From a virus (taxonomy: Duplodnaviria > Heunggongvirae > Uroviricota > Caudoviricetes): a DNA stretch of 64,000 bases. The translations under genes and the position numbers were made by a program. The notes below the pieces were generated by a model. It saw only the letters and a list, made by a program, of their open reading frames with translations. It was not told where the DNA came from and searched no databases. The stretch lies in the IMG/VR virus record IMGVR_UViG_2579778660_000001; one strand, given 5' to 3'. Of this stretch, positions 48,879 to 58,306 are shown in pieces; position 1 is the stretch's first letter; every line of letters begins with the position of its first letter.

Positions 48879-49630
48879 GACTGCTGATAGGTAAATTTTA
48901 TCCTGGTAACTTTGCCGCCTTCCGTCACCTCTGAGAAGACTATTTTCATTTTTGTATTTTTTTCAATCTCTGCTACAGCCTTCGTTAAAAAACTTCTCTT
49001 AAATTCGGCATACCGCTGATAACTTTTTGGTAACCCATAACGCTCCCGCATCCATTCGACGCCAAGTATGGCAAAGCCGCTTCCATCATCCTTCCTGTAC
49101 TGGCATAAGGACTCATAAAGCCGCATAGAATAAGGATTTGTAAGGCGAGATACTTCGGTAAAATTCAGCCTTGTGAATCTCTTATCAAGCAGAGTAAAAA
49201 ACGGCATGAGATATGGATTAAGATGAATAATGTAAGTCCCGCGCCGTGGTGAATAGGCATCCTTAATCATCCAGGGATAAGACTCATAACTGTCTTCTGA
49301 TTCGGTCGATTCATCAGGGTTATATATCGTAACTTTCTTCTCGCTAAGACCTGAAATGGCCTTACGAATATCCTTGCTGGCTTCAGCAGAGGGCAAATTA
49401 TACATCTCTGCATATTCGTTGACCGTCAACTCACAGGCACCTGAACCAAGAACGCCATCCTTAGAAGCATAGCGAAGTCTTCCCACCACAATAAACAACA
49501 GTCGCTTTTGGTCGCGAGTCAGGTGATAAGCAGCCTCCGTGATCTCATTGGCTTGTGCCAGACTACGACTAATAGGTGTCGCTGACTCAATCAGGCTGAC
49601 GGCTTTTGCTGTTAATTCCGCTCTGTTCAT
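48875..49630 (-). CDS. repA: RepA iteron-binding replication initiator
   Basis: Iterons on both sides; ATG at 49630 (MNRAELTAK...); track start 49663 is a TTG inside iteron 1. Confidence 0.8.
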   Translation of the reverse strand: MNRAELTAKAVSLIESATPISRSLAQANEITEAAYHLTRDQKRLLFIVVGRLRYASKDGVLGSGACELTVNEYAEMYNLPSAEASKDIRKAISGLSEKKVTIYNPDESTESEDSYESYPWMIKDAYSPRRGTYIIHLNPYLMPFFTLLDKRFTRLNFTEVSRLTNPYSMRLYESLCQYRKDDGSGFAILGVEWMRERYGLPKSYQRYAEFKRSFLTKAVAEIEKNTKMKIVFSEVTEGGKVTRIKFTYQQS

Positions 49631-49654
49631 AACCCTGTGTGATCCTTCAAATGG

Positions 49655-49772
49655 TGAGGGCAATTTTTACACCACTTTGAGGGCAATTACTACACCTTTT
49701 GAGGGCAAATCTTACACCTTCTGAGGGCAAATCTTACACCGATCGTATTTAATTGAGGGCAAATCTTACACC
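49655..49772. repeat. origin iterons, 5 direct repeats TGAGGGCAA(A/T)TNTTACACC
   Basis: Copies at 49655, 49678, 49700, 49722, 49754 (22-23 bp phasing); inverted degenerate copy at 49895-49914. Confidence 0.75.
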
Positions 49773-49865
49773 AGCCTCCTCTACAGCCCGCGCCACTACT
49801 GGCCCCAGCGACGCCTAAAAAGGATCTAAAAAGGATTAAAAATGGAAAAAGGTTTATAAAAATAC

Positions 49866-49874
49866 TCTGTGGAT
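49866..49874. promoter_or_regulatory. DnaA-box-like site in origin region
   Basis: TGTGGATAT = reverse complement ATATCCACA, 8/9 match to TTATCCACA; adjacent A-tract repeats 49815-49860. Confidence 0.35.
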
Positions 49875-50018
49875 ATGTGAGTAGCGTCACTTAAGGTGTA
49901 AAAATCACCCTCAATAATCGCTTCTCGACCGGCAAAGATCTTCATTCAATCCCCATCGCAAATCACACACTCCCTATCCTCTGGAAAATGAACAGATACC
50001 TGCTTTTCGGAGGAATAA

Positions 50019-50840
50019 TTGAACATTCCAAAATTCCCATTGCCTTCCCGTCCTGAGACAGAAATTCAGTTCCACGCCCCTACCGTGAAGGATGCGCTGA
50101 AATATTCTGACCTGAACCCGGCAGAAGATGAGGCAACGACTACAGAGTACCTTAACTCTATGCAGGATGGTGAAATTAACGACAGTGCTAACTGGACAGT
50201 TCAGGATCGCAGAACTGCTCTTTGGTGGATATTTGTTAATTCGCGCCCCGATGCTGTAATGACCTACTCCTATGAGTGCAGTCACTGCGGTAATACGCAT
50301 CATGCCGATATTAACCTGAGCGACCTGGCCCAAACAGTAGAAATACTCACTGTACCTCCTTACGTGAAAACCAACGTACCAGTAAATGGAGTACCAACTG
50401 ACTGGATACTTAAACCATTAACCGGGAAAGGCGCGGAACTCCTTGAACGAATGCGAGCGTCACTTCCTGATATGAAAAGTCCCGAATACAGTGCTGGCGT
50501 AGCACGGATGCGAATTGCTGAACTCGCTTTATGCACGGCGCTTAAAGACGATCCGGAGGACTTCACGCAGGCCGCTAACCGACGCTTTGACATCATTGAA
50601 AGCATGGCGCTTGAAACCGAATTTACCCCGCTTGTGGCTCGCATACAGCTTATGCAAAAAGACCTACGCCACGGCCTGAAAATGTCTATTGAGAGAGGCT
50701 CAAGCCGACTGATCCTGCCTCCGCAACATTGCAAAAACGCTAAGGAGGGTGCAGATGTGACAACCACACTGTACGTCCCCTTTCTCAATAGAGAGTTTAT
50801 CCCATCAATTAGATCTGAATGGATGGCTAACCATTATTAA
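50019..50840 (+). CDS. hypothetical protein (273 aa)
   Basis: TTG start 5 nt after GGAGGA; Cys/His cluster YSYECSHCGNTHH. Confidence 0.55.
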   Translation: MNIPKFPLPSRPETEIQFHAPTVKDALKYSDLNPAEDEATTTEYLNSMQDGEINDSANWTVQDRRTALWWIFVNSRPDAVMTYSYECSHCGNTHHADINLSDLAQTVEILTVPPYVKTNVPVNGVPTDWILKPLTGKGAELLERMRASLPDMKSPEYSAGVARMRIAELALCTALKDDPEDFTQAANRRFDIIESMALETEFTPLVARIQLMQKDLRHGLKMSIERGSSRLILPPQHCKNAKEGADVTTTLYVPFLNREFIPSIRSEWMANHY

Positions 50841-50894
50841 CAACCTGACTCTGTATGGATATCAGCCCGTTAGTGACGTTGAACAATTGCCACA

Positions 50895-53800
50895 ATGGCG
50901 AGCACTCCATATGTCAAAAGCCCTGGAAGAAAAATACAAAGCTCAAGCCGGGAAACGTTGATCGCCGCTGGCAAAAGAGAGGTTATTTTGAAAGAGAATA
51001 AAGACCGTATCGCAATAATTGACGCTATTCAGGGGGCGAGCACAAACGAACTTAACGCTCTTGCTGAGATCAAAGACGCCATTCTCTCTGGTAGAGGGTC
51101 TATAACTCAACTTGGTGAAAATCAAGGTAAAGTAAGTCAAAGACTATCCCGTAGACTCATAGCAAGCGAACCCTATGTCTCTGATGATGCCAAGAATACC
51201 CAAGCTAACCCATATATAAAACGCCTTCCGATGAAAAAAGGGAGGACGCAGATCAACAACGGAGAAGAACGTCTCATTGTTGCAACCAACACATCAGAGC
51301 GCGTTCATTTTTCGTCATCACGCCAATCCGCCCAAAAGTTGAAAGGTTCTGTGCCAGTAGCCGCTAATTCTGCTCCTCTTGAACCACAATCCCCCCAAAG
51401 CCAAAAAGGACCGCTTCGGGATAGTAACGGACGCTTTGTATCCCAGAAAAACAACGAAGATATAGCCAGAAAAAAAGAATGGCAGAAAGCACGTAAGGCT
51501 GACGCCAAACTACAAGAAGGCTTCCTCCGAAAATTAGGCTCCATTATAGGGGTAGATGGCAATCAGTCTTCCAGTGAAGAGTCTTTAACAGATGCCGCAG
51601 GTGTTGGCGCTGGTGGTCCGTTGTGGATGGCTGCTCGCGGCATGTACGACATTACTAAAGAGATCACAGGTAAAGCAGTATCTCTTAAAGAATGGGTAGA
51701 AAAGGGGAAAGGTGAGGCTTCACCTTCGAAAGCGACATCTCCAGCTATCGCTTATCCGGCGGTGGTGAACACTCAAAAAGCAACCTCTGCAACAGCATTT
51801 AATAATGCTGTTGAGACAAAATCAGCACAAGCAGTAGAAGAGCAAACAAAAATTCTTCAGACCAATGACAACAAAATCATTGATGGTCTGGAAAATGTCT
51901 CCGACGAAGTAGTTAAGCTACGCAAATCAGTATCTTCTGGGAATAAGTTCGGCTTAAGTGATCTCTGGAAAAATCGAGCAAGCAGAAGAAATAAAATCAA
52001 TATTGGCGATCAGGCTGGTAAAAATAAACGGAACAAACCGAAAAGGAAAGGTCGCAATCTGGGGAAAAAAGCCCTTTCTGTTGGTGAAAAAGCCGCTGCC
52101 GGAACCGCTGCTGCTGGAGCTGGTGCCGTAGCTGCAAAGACTGTTAAAACAAAGGTTAGTAAAGCCAAAGACATCAGCACCACAAGCGACGCATCTAAGG
52201 GTATTGCTAAAGAAACAAAAAACACAACAAAGGCAGTTAAGTCAGCAGGTGTTGTTGCCGAAGAGGCCACAATTAAAACAGGTGAAACTGTTGCAAAGAA
52301 AAAAACCGAATCCTTAGCACTCAAAAGTGCTGCAAAAATAGGTGTTAAATCAGCTGCTTCTACAGCTGCAAGAGCTATCCCGATCATCGGCTCAGTGGCT
52401 ATGGCGGGATATGACGCTATAGATGGTTACACTGATACAGATGCGCAAAAGGCAGCCTTTGGATTAAGTGACGATGATGCTGTATCCGAACAGCAAAAAA
52501 CGGCTTACGCAACAGCTAATGTGCTCGATATGGGGGGCTTGGTGTCGGGCGCAACTAACTTGATAGGGAAAGGAATTTCTGCGCTAGGATTTGAAAGAGC
52601 AGGTGAAAAACTTCAGGATTTTGATACCGGAGATATTGCTCGTGGTGTTAACGGCGCGGTAGATATCACCAAATCTGTTTTTGGTAGCCTTAAGGATACA
52701 TTTTTATCCACTGACGAAAACACGAAACAAGTAAAAAAAGCTGTTGAAGACGGCACCAAAAAAACTGTCGATGCGATTCATTCTCTAGGTGAACAATTAC
52801 AAGGTGGGCGTAATGGCGAGGATGGAGTTGGTGAGCACGGGTATACTTCTCCAACTGAATTTAGTGCACCTGCCAACAACACCATTGCAGCGGATCTGAA
52901 TATTGGCGGCAGCAACGCTAAAAACCGCAATTACCGAAATAATAATCTCGGCAATCTTGTTTTTGCCAACCAGGAAGGGGCGACACTGGAATCGCCAAAT
53001 GCAAAAGGTGAACAACGTTTTGCGCGATTTAACACACCTGAAGAAGGGATCAGGGCACTGGCAAACCAGGTTTCCAGCTATTACAACGGCACCAGTGCCG
53101 CAGCGGGATATCAGAAGTTGCAGACGGTATCCAGCATCATTTCAAAATGGGCACCGCCAAATGAAAACAATACTAACCAATATATTGATAACGTCAGTAA
53201 ATATCTTGGTGTATCGCCTAATGAAAAAATAGATGTCAGCAAACCAGAGGTTATGACGCAATTAGTTCGTGCAATTGCGACGAAAGAAGGCGGAAATCCG
53301 GCAGTTAATAATGAGTTCATTAAGAACGCACTTGGAGCATTTAACACAAACACTGGTCGATGGGAGGGACAATTCTCTGACGAAACATTGGCGCGGATTA
53401 ATAAAATTCAGAAAGAAAATGGTGGTCAGCTAATTGCCCGCGATTCGCAATATAGTGTTGGTCGCAAGGTAAAATATGCTAATGGAAAATCTCCAGCTCA
53501 ACCAGTTTTGAATGCCGTTCCGACAGCAACACAACAGCCAATTGAGGTTGCACAACATGCCCAGGCAGTCAAAAAGCCACAAAAAACAGGTAACCAACCA
53601 CAACCGATTAATCCAGAGAACGCTGATGTTAATACCGGCTCTCCATCGAGTTTGCTTGAGCGGTTAATCGCAATAAATGAAAGCGGAATCAGTGGTGCAA
53701 GTAATTTATTTGGCGGCGCGGCTACCAGCCTTGCTGGAACAAGTCTGGATCTGGTAAAGGATTTTGCGTTGGCTACTTCGTTTGGTTCTATATCTTCGCT

Positions 53801-55100
53801 TTCCGAAAAAGCGAAAGGAATGGATCAGGCTCTTACTGAAAAGATATCCGGCTTAACCGGTAAATCTTTTGGATTTAAAAAAGCTTCTCAAGTGGCTGAT
53901 ATCGCAACAGCCATACAACAAAAACGCACTGTTAATCACGATACAGAAATCATTGATCTACTTCCGGGAGATCAAGTATCCCCTTTTACTCCGAAAACCC
54001 CACAGCAGGAGCAGGCTATAGCAATCAGCCAGGCTATGGCGGGCTTTTCGTCTGCAGCGCCAGCACCGAAAACCCCACAGCAGGAGCAGGCTATAGCAAT
54101 CAGCCAGGCTATGGAGGGCTTTTCGTCTGTAGCGCCAGCACCGAAAACCCCACAGCAGGAGCTGGCTCTAGCAATCAACCAGGCTATGGCGGGCTTTTCG
54201 TCTGCAGCGCCAGCACCGAAAACCCCACAGCAGGAGCAGGCTATAGCAATCAGCCAGGCTATGGAGGGCTTTTCGTCTGCAGCACCAGCACCGAAAACCC
54301 CACAGCAGGAGCAGGCTCTAGCAATCAACCAGGCTATGGCGGGCTTTTCATCTGCAGCACCAGCACCGAAAACCCCACAGCAGGAGCAGGCTCTAGCAAT
54401 CAACCAGGCTATGGCGGGAGCTGCGCCAGTAGTTACCTCTGGAAAACGAACTGTCACGGCACCAAGTGATGTGCAGATTTATGACAACGGCTACAAGGTG
54501 GTTACAGGTGAGGATAAGAGCTTCTTTGGTTCGCTATTTGATTCCACGGTGTCAGGGCTTAAACAGGCAGCAACCGCAGTAATTCCTGCCGTTGGCGATA
54601 ACCTTTCACGACTTGTTGGGGGGATTGATAGTACAGGGATATTGAACGATCTTGTAATGCAGTCTACTGGGCAGAATAGTGCGATTGCGCGAGCTATTAG
54701 CCCATTAACAAGAAATGTTGGAGACTGGCTGAATGGGGGGATTCAACAAACCGCTAATAGCATTAGGGGAATAGCAACTGGTGCCAATAACGCCATATTT
54801 GGCTCTGCTTCAGCTGTGCAAGAACCTTTTCTTGCTATGCCGCCACAACTCCCTACTGTAACCGATCTCGCACGAAGCGGAATAAGACAACCATTAACTA
54901 CTGACACTATAAATAACGATCCTGCTATGTTGAAGGCGCTGGATAACATCTGCTCTATCCTGAACGATCTGCTGAATGTGAACAAGAACAATACAAAAGG
55001 CGATCCGGATAATGTTGTCAAAACATCGCAGCCGCAGCCGCGACCACGTGCGAGCGCAACTATTAATGACCAGTCGCTGGATGCTCTGCTTGAGGATTAA
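50895..55100 (+). CDS. giant Sit/tape-measure-like protein with internal tandem repeats
   Basis: 1401 aa; Ala/Gly/Lys-rich helical N-part; central conserved region (NRNYRNNNLGNL...ATKEGGNP); six 25-aa repeats. Confidence 0.7.
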   Translation: MASTPYVKSPGRKIQSSSRETLIAAGKREVILKENKDRIAIIDAIQGASTNELNALAEIKDAILSGRGSITQLGENQGKVSQRLSRRLIASEPYVSDDAKNTQANPYIKRLPMKKGRTQINNGEERLIVATNTSERVHFSSSRQSAQKLKGSVPVAANSAPLEPQSPQSQKGPLRDSNGRFVSQKNNEDIARKKEWQKARKADAKLQEGFLRKLGSIIGVDGNQSSSEESLTDAAGVGAGGPLWMAARGMYDITKEITGKAVSLKEWVEKGKGEASPSKATSPAIAYPAVVNTQKATSATAFNNAVETKSAQAVEEQTKILQTNDNKIIDGLENVSDEVVKLRKSVSSGNKFGLSDLWKNRASRRNKINIGDQAGKNKRNKPKRKGRNLGKKALSVGEKAAAGTAAAGAGAVAAKTVKTKVSKAKDISTTSDASKGIAKETKNTTKAVKSAGVVAEEATIKTGETVAKKKTESLALKSAAKIGVKSAASTAARAIPIIGSVAMAGYDAIDGYTDTDAQKAAFGLSDDDAVSEQQKTAYATANVLDMGGLVSGATNLIGKGISALGFERAGEKLQDFDTGDIARGVNGAVDITKSVFGSLKDTFLSTDENTKQVKKAVEDGTKKTVDAIHSLGEQLQGGRNGEDGVGEHGYTSPTEFSAPANNTIAADLNIGGSNAKNRNYRNNNLGNLVFANQEGATLESPNAKGEQRFARFNTPEEGIRALANQVSSYYNGTSAAAGYQKLQTVSSIISKWAPPNENNTNQYIDNVSKYLGVSPNEKIDVSKPEVMTQLVRAIATKEGGNPAVNNEFIKNALGAFNTNTGRWEGQFSDETLARINKIQKENGGQLIARDSQYSVGRKVKYANGKSPAQPVLNAVPTATQQPIEVAQHAQAVKKPQKTGNQPQPINPENADVNTGSPSSLLERLIAINESGISGASNLFGGAATSLAGTSLDLVKDFALATSFGSISSLSEKAKGMDQALTEKISGLTGKSFGFKKASQVADIATAIQQKRTVNHDTEIIDLLPGDQVSPFTPKTPQQEQAIAISQAMAGFSSAAPAPKTPQQEQAIAISQAMEGFSSVAPAPKTPQQELALAINQAMAGFSSAAPAPKTPQQEQAIAISQAMEGFSSAAPAPKTPQQEQALAINQAMAGFSSAAPAPKTPQQEQALAINQAMAGAAPVVTSGKRTVTAPSDVQIYDNGYKVVTGEDKSFFGSLFDSTVSGLKQAATAVIPAVGDNLSRLVGGIDSTGILNDLVMQSTGQNSAIARAISPLTRNVGDWLNGGIQQTANSIRGIATGANNAIFGSASAVQEPFLAMPPQLPTVTDLARSGIRQPLTTDTINNDPAMLKALDNICSILNDLLNVNKNNTKGDPDNVVKTSQPQPRPRASATINDQSLDALLED
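53991..54425 (+). repeat. 75-bp tandem repeat, about 5.8 copies, in frame
   Basis: Unit CCGAAAACCCCACAGCAGGAGCAGGCT...; encodes PKTPQQEQAIAISQAMAGFSSAAPA. Confidence 0.85.
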
Positions 55101-55105
55101 TACTG

Positions 55106-55480
55106 ATGCTTTACGAAATAGACGCAAGACTTCAAACGAATGAGAGCGGTGTCATTATTGCAGAAGGAAGTACCGCAGCATGGATGGCCCGACTTGACGA
55201 GTGGCTACGAACCCCTGAAGGGAGTGTTTATGGTTTACCCTCCTGGGGGAGTCCAATGGAAGAATTTAAGCACGAACCATTCGGTTCTGAAACTTCGCAT
55301 ATAGTTGAAGTGGCTATCGAAGGGAGAATGATGACAAAACTACGACAAGACCTACCCGGTTTAGATGTTCAGGGGATTCGCTGTACATCCATTTCTGAAG
55401 ATTCTTTATTAATCAGTTTTTATGCGAAAGGTGGGAGCATGGATATTGTTATGCAGAAATCAAGCGAGGTGGGTGCGTGA
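55106..55480 (+). CDS. putative baseplate wedge protein (gp25/W-like)
   Basis: 124 aa directly after tape-measure-like gene. Confidence 0.45.
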   Translation: MLYEIDARLQTNESGVIIAEGSTAAWMARLDEWLRTPEGSVYGLPSWGSPMEEFKHEPFGSETSHIVEVAIEGRMMTKLRQDLPGLDVQGIRCTSISEDSLLISFYAKGGSMDIVMQKSSEVGA

Positions 55481-56907
55481 CGATTACCGAATTACTCGAC
55501 AAATTTAATACCAAGCTGAATGAAAATTCCTGGTGGTCACGGTTTGTAAACAGTCAGTTTGTACAGATGCAGGCGGTGTTCGGTGCGCAGGTGATTTATA
55601 TTGCACGTACATTTGCAAGTCGTGCTCTGACCGAGGGATTTATTTCAACTGCCACACGGAGAGCAAGCATTTTAGCGGGAGCTGAAGACCGCAGTTACGT
55701 CGGGAGATTTGTGAGTGCTTCATACGGAACAACTTCGATAACGAATAAAACAGATCGGGATGTAACGCTGCCTGCAGGAGCTGAGTTGCTTGCCAGCGAC
55801 CAAACGCCACTTGCAATTATTAACAGTGTTGTTGTTCCAGCCGGGGGGACTGTACACGGTGTCGAAACCAAACAGCATGAAGCTGTGAGCGTGGCATTTG
55901 ATATTGAAAAAGAAACCCCCTTTCTTACGCTGTTGCTTTCCAGGGAACTGACAAAAGAAGTGTCCAGCCTCGATGTTACTGTGATTATTAATGGTGCAGA
56001 AGAGAAATGGACCTACAACCCATTATTTCGAATGTCAAGGGACAAGAGCAAACACTATGTATTGGCATATAAGCCAACGGAACAACTTGGCGTTAAATTT
56101 GGCGATGGTTCTATGGGGATGATGCCGCCAGCTGGGTGCCAGGTGCGAATTGATGTAATGGCAAGCCTCGGTGACTACACTTTGGCTGAAGGTCAAAAGT
56201 TAGAACCTGCTGGAAATATTGCGCAATATGTGGAGTCACTGGAATTTAAAACCGATTCGATTATTACCGGAGGCGGTGGAATGGAAACCACAGAAGAAAC
56301 CCGAAACCGTGCACAGTATTATGTTGCCTACGATGAACAAGTCGTATGGGGAGGTGATTATCGTCAATTCATTCAGAACGCGGTACACGGTACGTCATGG
56401 CTTAACGTTTGGGGTGAAGCGTTACAAGAAAAAATAACCGGATTTGATGTGCGCAACATCAATAAGATTTTCTTTTGTGGGCATAAGCCGGGCGTAAGCC
56501 AGGAACAATTAAAGTCAGAAATACTTAAAGCCCTGGAGAATGTGCCCAATGAATTGAACAAGCGGTTCGAATATGTGGACACAAATGAACAGCCATTTAC
56601 TATAAATTTCACAGGTATTGCACGTAAAAACGTTCTGATAGATGACGCCAAAAACACCATTAGAAAGGCGTTAGAGGATAATTTTGGTCGTGATTCATCT
56701 TCATTTAGTTTGTTGTTACAGAGTGATGATGATTCCCAGCAATGCTATGCGCAGGTAAAAGTTAAAGATATTTGGCGTGTTATAGAGTCACTGGATATGT
56801 TTCTCTCTTACGATATTACAACACAGAATATGAAGGATGCTGTTTACTTCAATGACTTTATTTATCTTGACGTAAATTCATCTGTATTCAATATTTCCTA
56901 TCCGTAA
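55477..56907 (+). CDS. putative baseplate J-like protein
   Basis: 476 aa; GTGA overlap with upstream gene. Confidence 0.5.
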   Translation: MTITELLDKFNTKLNENSWWSRFVNSQFVQMQAVFGAQVIYIARTFASRALTEGFISTATRRASILAGAEDRSYVGRFVSASYGTTSITNKTDRDVTLPAGAELLASDQTPLAIINSVVVPAGGTVHGVETKQHEAVSVAFDIEKETPFLTLLLSRELTKEVSSLDVTVIINGAEEKWTYNPLFRMSRDKSKHYVLAYKPTEQLGVKFGDGSMGMMPPAGCQVRIDVMASLGDYTLAEGQKLEPAGNIAQYVESLEFKTDSIITGGGGMETTEETRNRAQYYVAYDEQVVWGGDYRQFIQNAVHGTSWLNVWGEALQEKITGFDVRNINKIFFCGHKPGVSQEQLKSEILKALENVPNELNKRFEYVDTNEQPFTINFTGIARKNVLIDDAKNTIRKALEDNFGRDSSSFSLLLQSDDDSQQCYAQVKVKDIWRVIESLDMFLSYDITTQNMKDAVYFNDFIYLDVNSSVFNISYP

Positions 56908-56917
56908 TGAGGCTGAA

Positions 56918-57763
56918 ATGAAAGAGAATTGGTTTAAGGAGCGGTTAACTAAAGCAAAACAGGATTCTAAGCTCTGGAGCGCCTTTATAGGCGCTTTACA
57001 TGACGTCTGGGATGAAGCTGTAGAACCAATATTAACAAGAATAAGTAACAGAAAATCCTTCTTCACTATGGACAGTGAGGATATGGATGCCCGCATTGCT
57101 GAATACGGGCGTTTTTTCGTTATCACTGAAAAAGATAAGGCCCGTAGGCCAATGCTTCTGGCACAACGTTTAGATGAAGTGCACTTTAAAGGCACTATCC
57201 TGCCTATTGAGCAGACATTCTGGCGTGAATTCGGTTGTATTCCTGTAAGTTGGGAACCGCTGTATGCTCCTGTAAATTTAGAAAAACACCCCTATGGTTC
57301 ATATTTTGCGACCGAAATAGAGATACCTACAGCACAGTCTCAATTCGGTGAGTTCTTCCTGACATCAAGGGGGCTGGTCGTTGTTGATCAGAACAAGCTA
57401 TATCGCTCATATGGAGAGCAGGATCGAGAAGCTGCTGTGCAGAAATTGTTATCTGACTTCGAAACAGTAATAGCCCCATTGTTGCCATTGCATATTGTTT
57501 TTGATGGCGCCTCGTTTCGGCTTAGTGCAGTATTCCCTGAAGTGGCAGAAATACTAAATTGCTTGTCTACGGATATTTCGGTAATTGAAGGTGTTTATGT
57601 TACTGAGAGTATGGCTGATATGCTATCCCATAGTGATACCTCCAGCCAGGTAGACAATATTCCTCTTAACGCCATACCGAACCGAACGGCAGAAAAGCAA
57701 TTACATCTTGATGTAACCCCACTCGATGCGTGGCCTTTGGATTACCACCTTCAACCTGTTTAA
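56918..57763 (+). CDS. putative baseplate/tail-fibre attachment protein
   Basis: 281 aa between baseplate and fibre genes. Confidence 0.4.
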   Translation: MKENWFKERLTKAKQDSKLWSAFIGALHDVWDEAVEPILTRISNRKSFFTMDSEDMDARIAEYGRFFVITEKDKARRPMLLAQRLDEVHFKGTILPIEQTFWREFGCIPVSWEPLYAPVNLEKHPYGSYFATEIEIPTAQSQFGEFFLTSRGLVVVDQNKLYRSYGEQDREAAVQKLLSDFETVIAPLLPLHIVFDGASFRLSAVFPEVAEILNCLSTDISVIEGVYVTESMADMLSHSDTSSQVDNIPLNAIPNRTAEKQLHLDVTPLDAWPLDYHLQPV

Positions 57764-57857
57764 TAATTCTTCCCCCGCATTTGGGGGAAGAACAACGGAA
57801 ATCACAAACTGAGCATACTCTCCTTTGGTTCATTGCTTATGAAGGGGCTATGTTCGT

Positions 57858-58304
57858 ATGGCTGAAAATTTAAAGGTAAGAGATGGTAACCGCCTGTATA
57901 AGGCGCAATTGCTTTCCTACTATTATTCACGCCGCGCTGAGTCGGCGATCGGCAAAGGTGCGCGTTTTGTTATCTCTAAGGCGTATTGGTGCAAATCTAG
58001 TCTGGTAACTGCTAATGGTGCAGGAGGCTGGAATATAGCGGACATTCCACTCAATTTTAAATTGAGTAACGCTCAACAGTTTGCTGTGTCCGATCTGATA
58101 TTGTCCAGTGTGGATGGGATTATCACTATCAATGCAGCCTTCCCTCAAGAAAGAATGCCGGAGAACACGCCTTACGCCTTTAACACGCTTGTGCTTGTTG
58201 ATGCTGAGGAACAGGCTTTTGCTGTGCTTTGCACCCAGCAAGACACCCTCTATAAAGGTAAACGTTACAGTATTCTCATGACAATCGAGCAAGTTGAGGG
58301 TTGA
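57858..58304 (+). CDS. hypothetical virion protein (148 aa)
   Basis: Precedes fibre gene; GGGG RBS. Confidence 0.45.
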   Translation: MAENLKVRDGNRLYKAQLLSYYYSRRAESAIGKGARFVISKAYWCKSSLVTANGAGGWNIADIPLNFKLSNAQQFAVSDLILSSVDGIITINAAFPQERMPENTPYAFNTLVLVDAEEQAFAVLCTQQDTLYKGKRYSILMTIEQVEG

Positions 58305-58306
58305 TT

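Noticed and set aside
53991-54425. CRISPR-like array
   Set aside because: Units are contiguous with no spacers, in frame within a long CDS, and no cas genes are present.
53972-54457. 161-aa minus-strand ORF
   Set aside because: Reverse-frame reading of the 75-bp tandem repeats in the Sit-like gene; repetitive Ala/Gly/Cys product.
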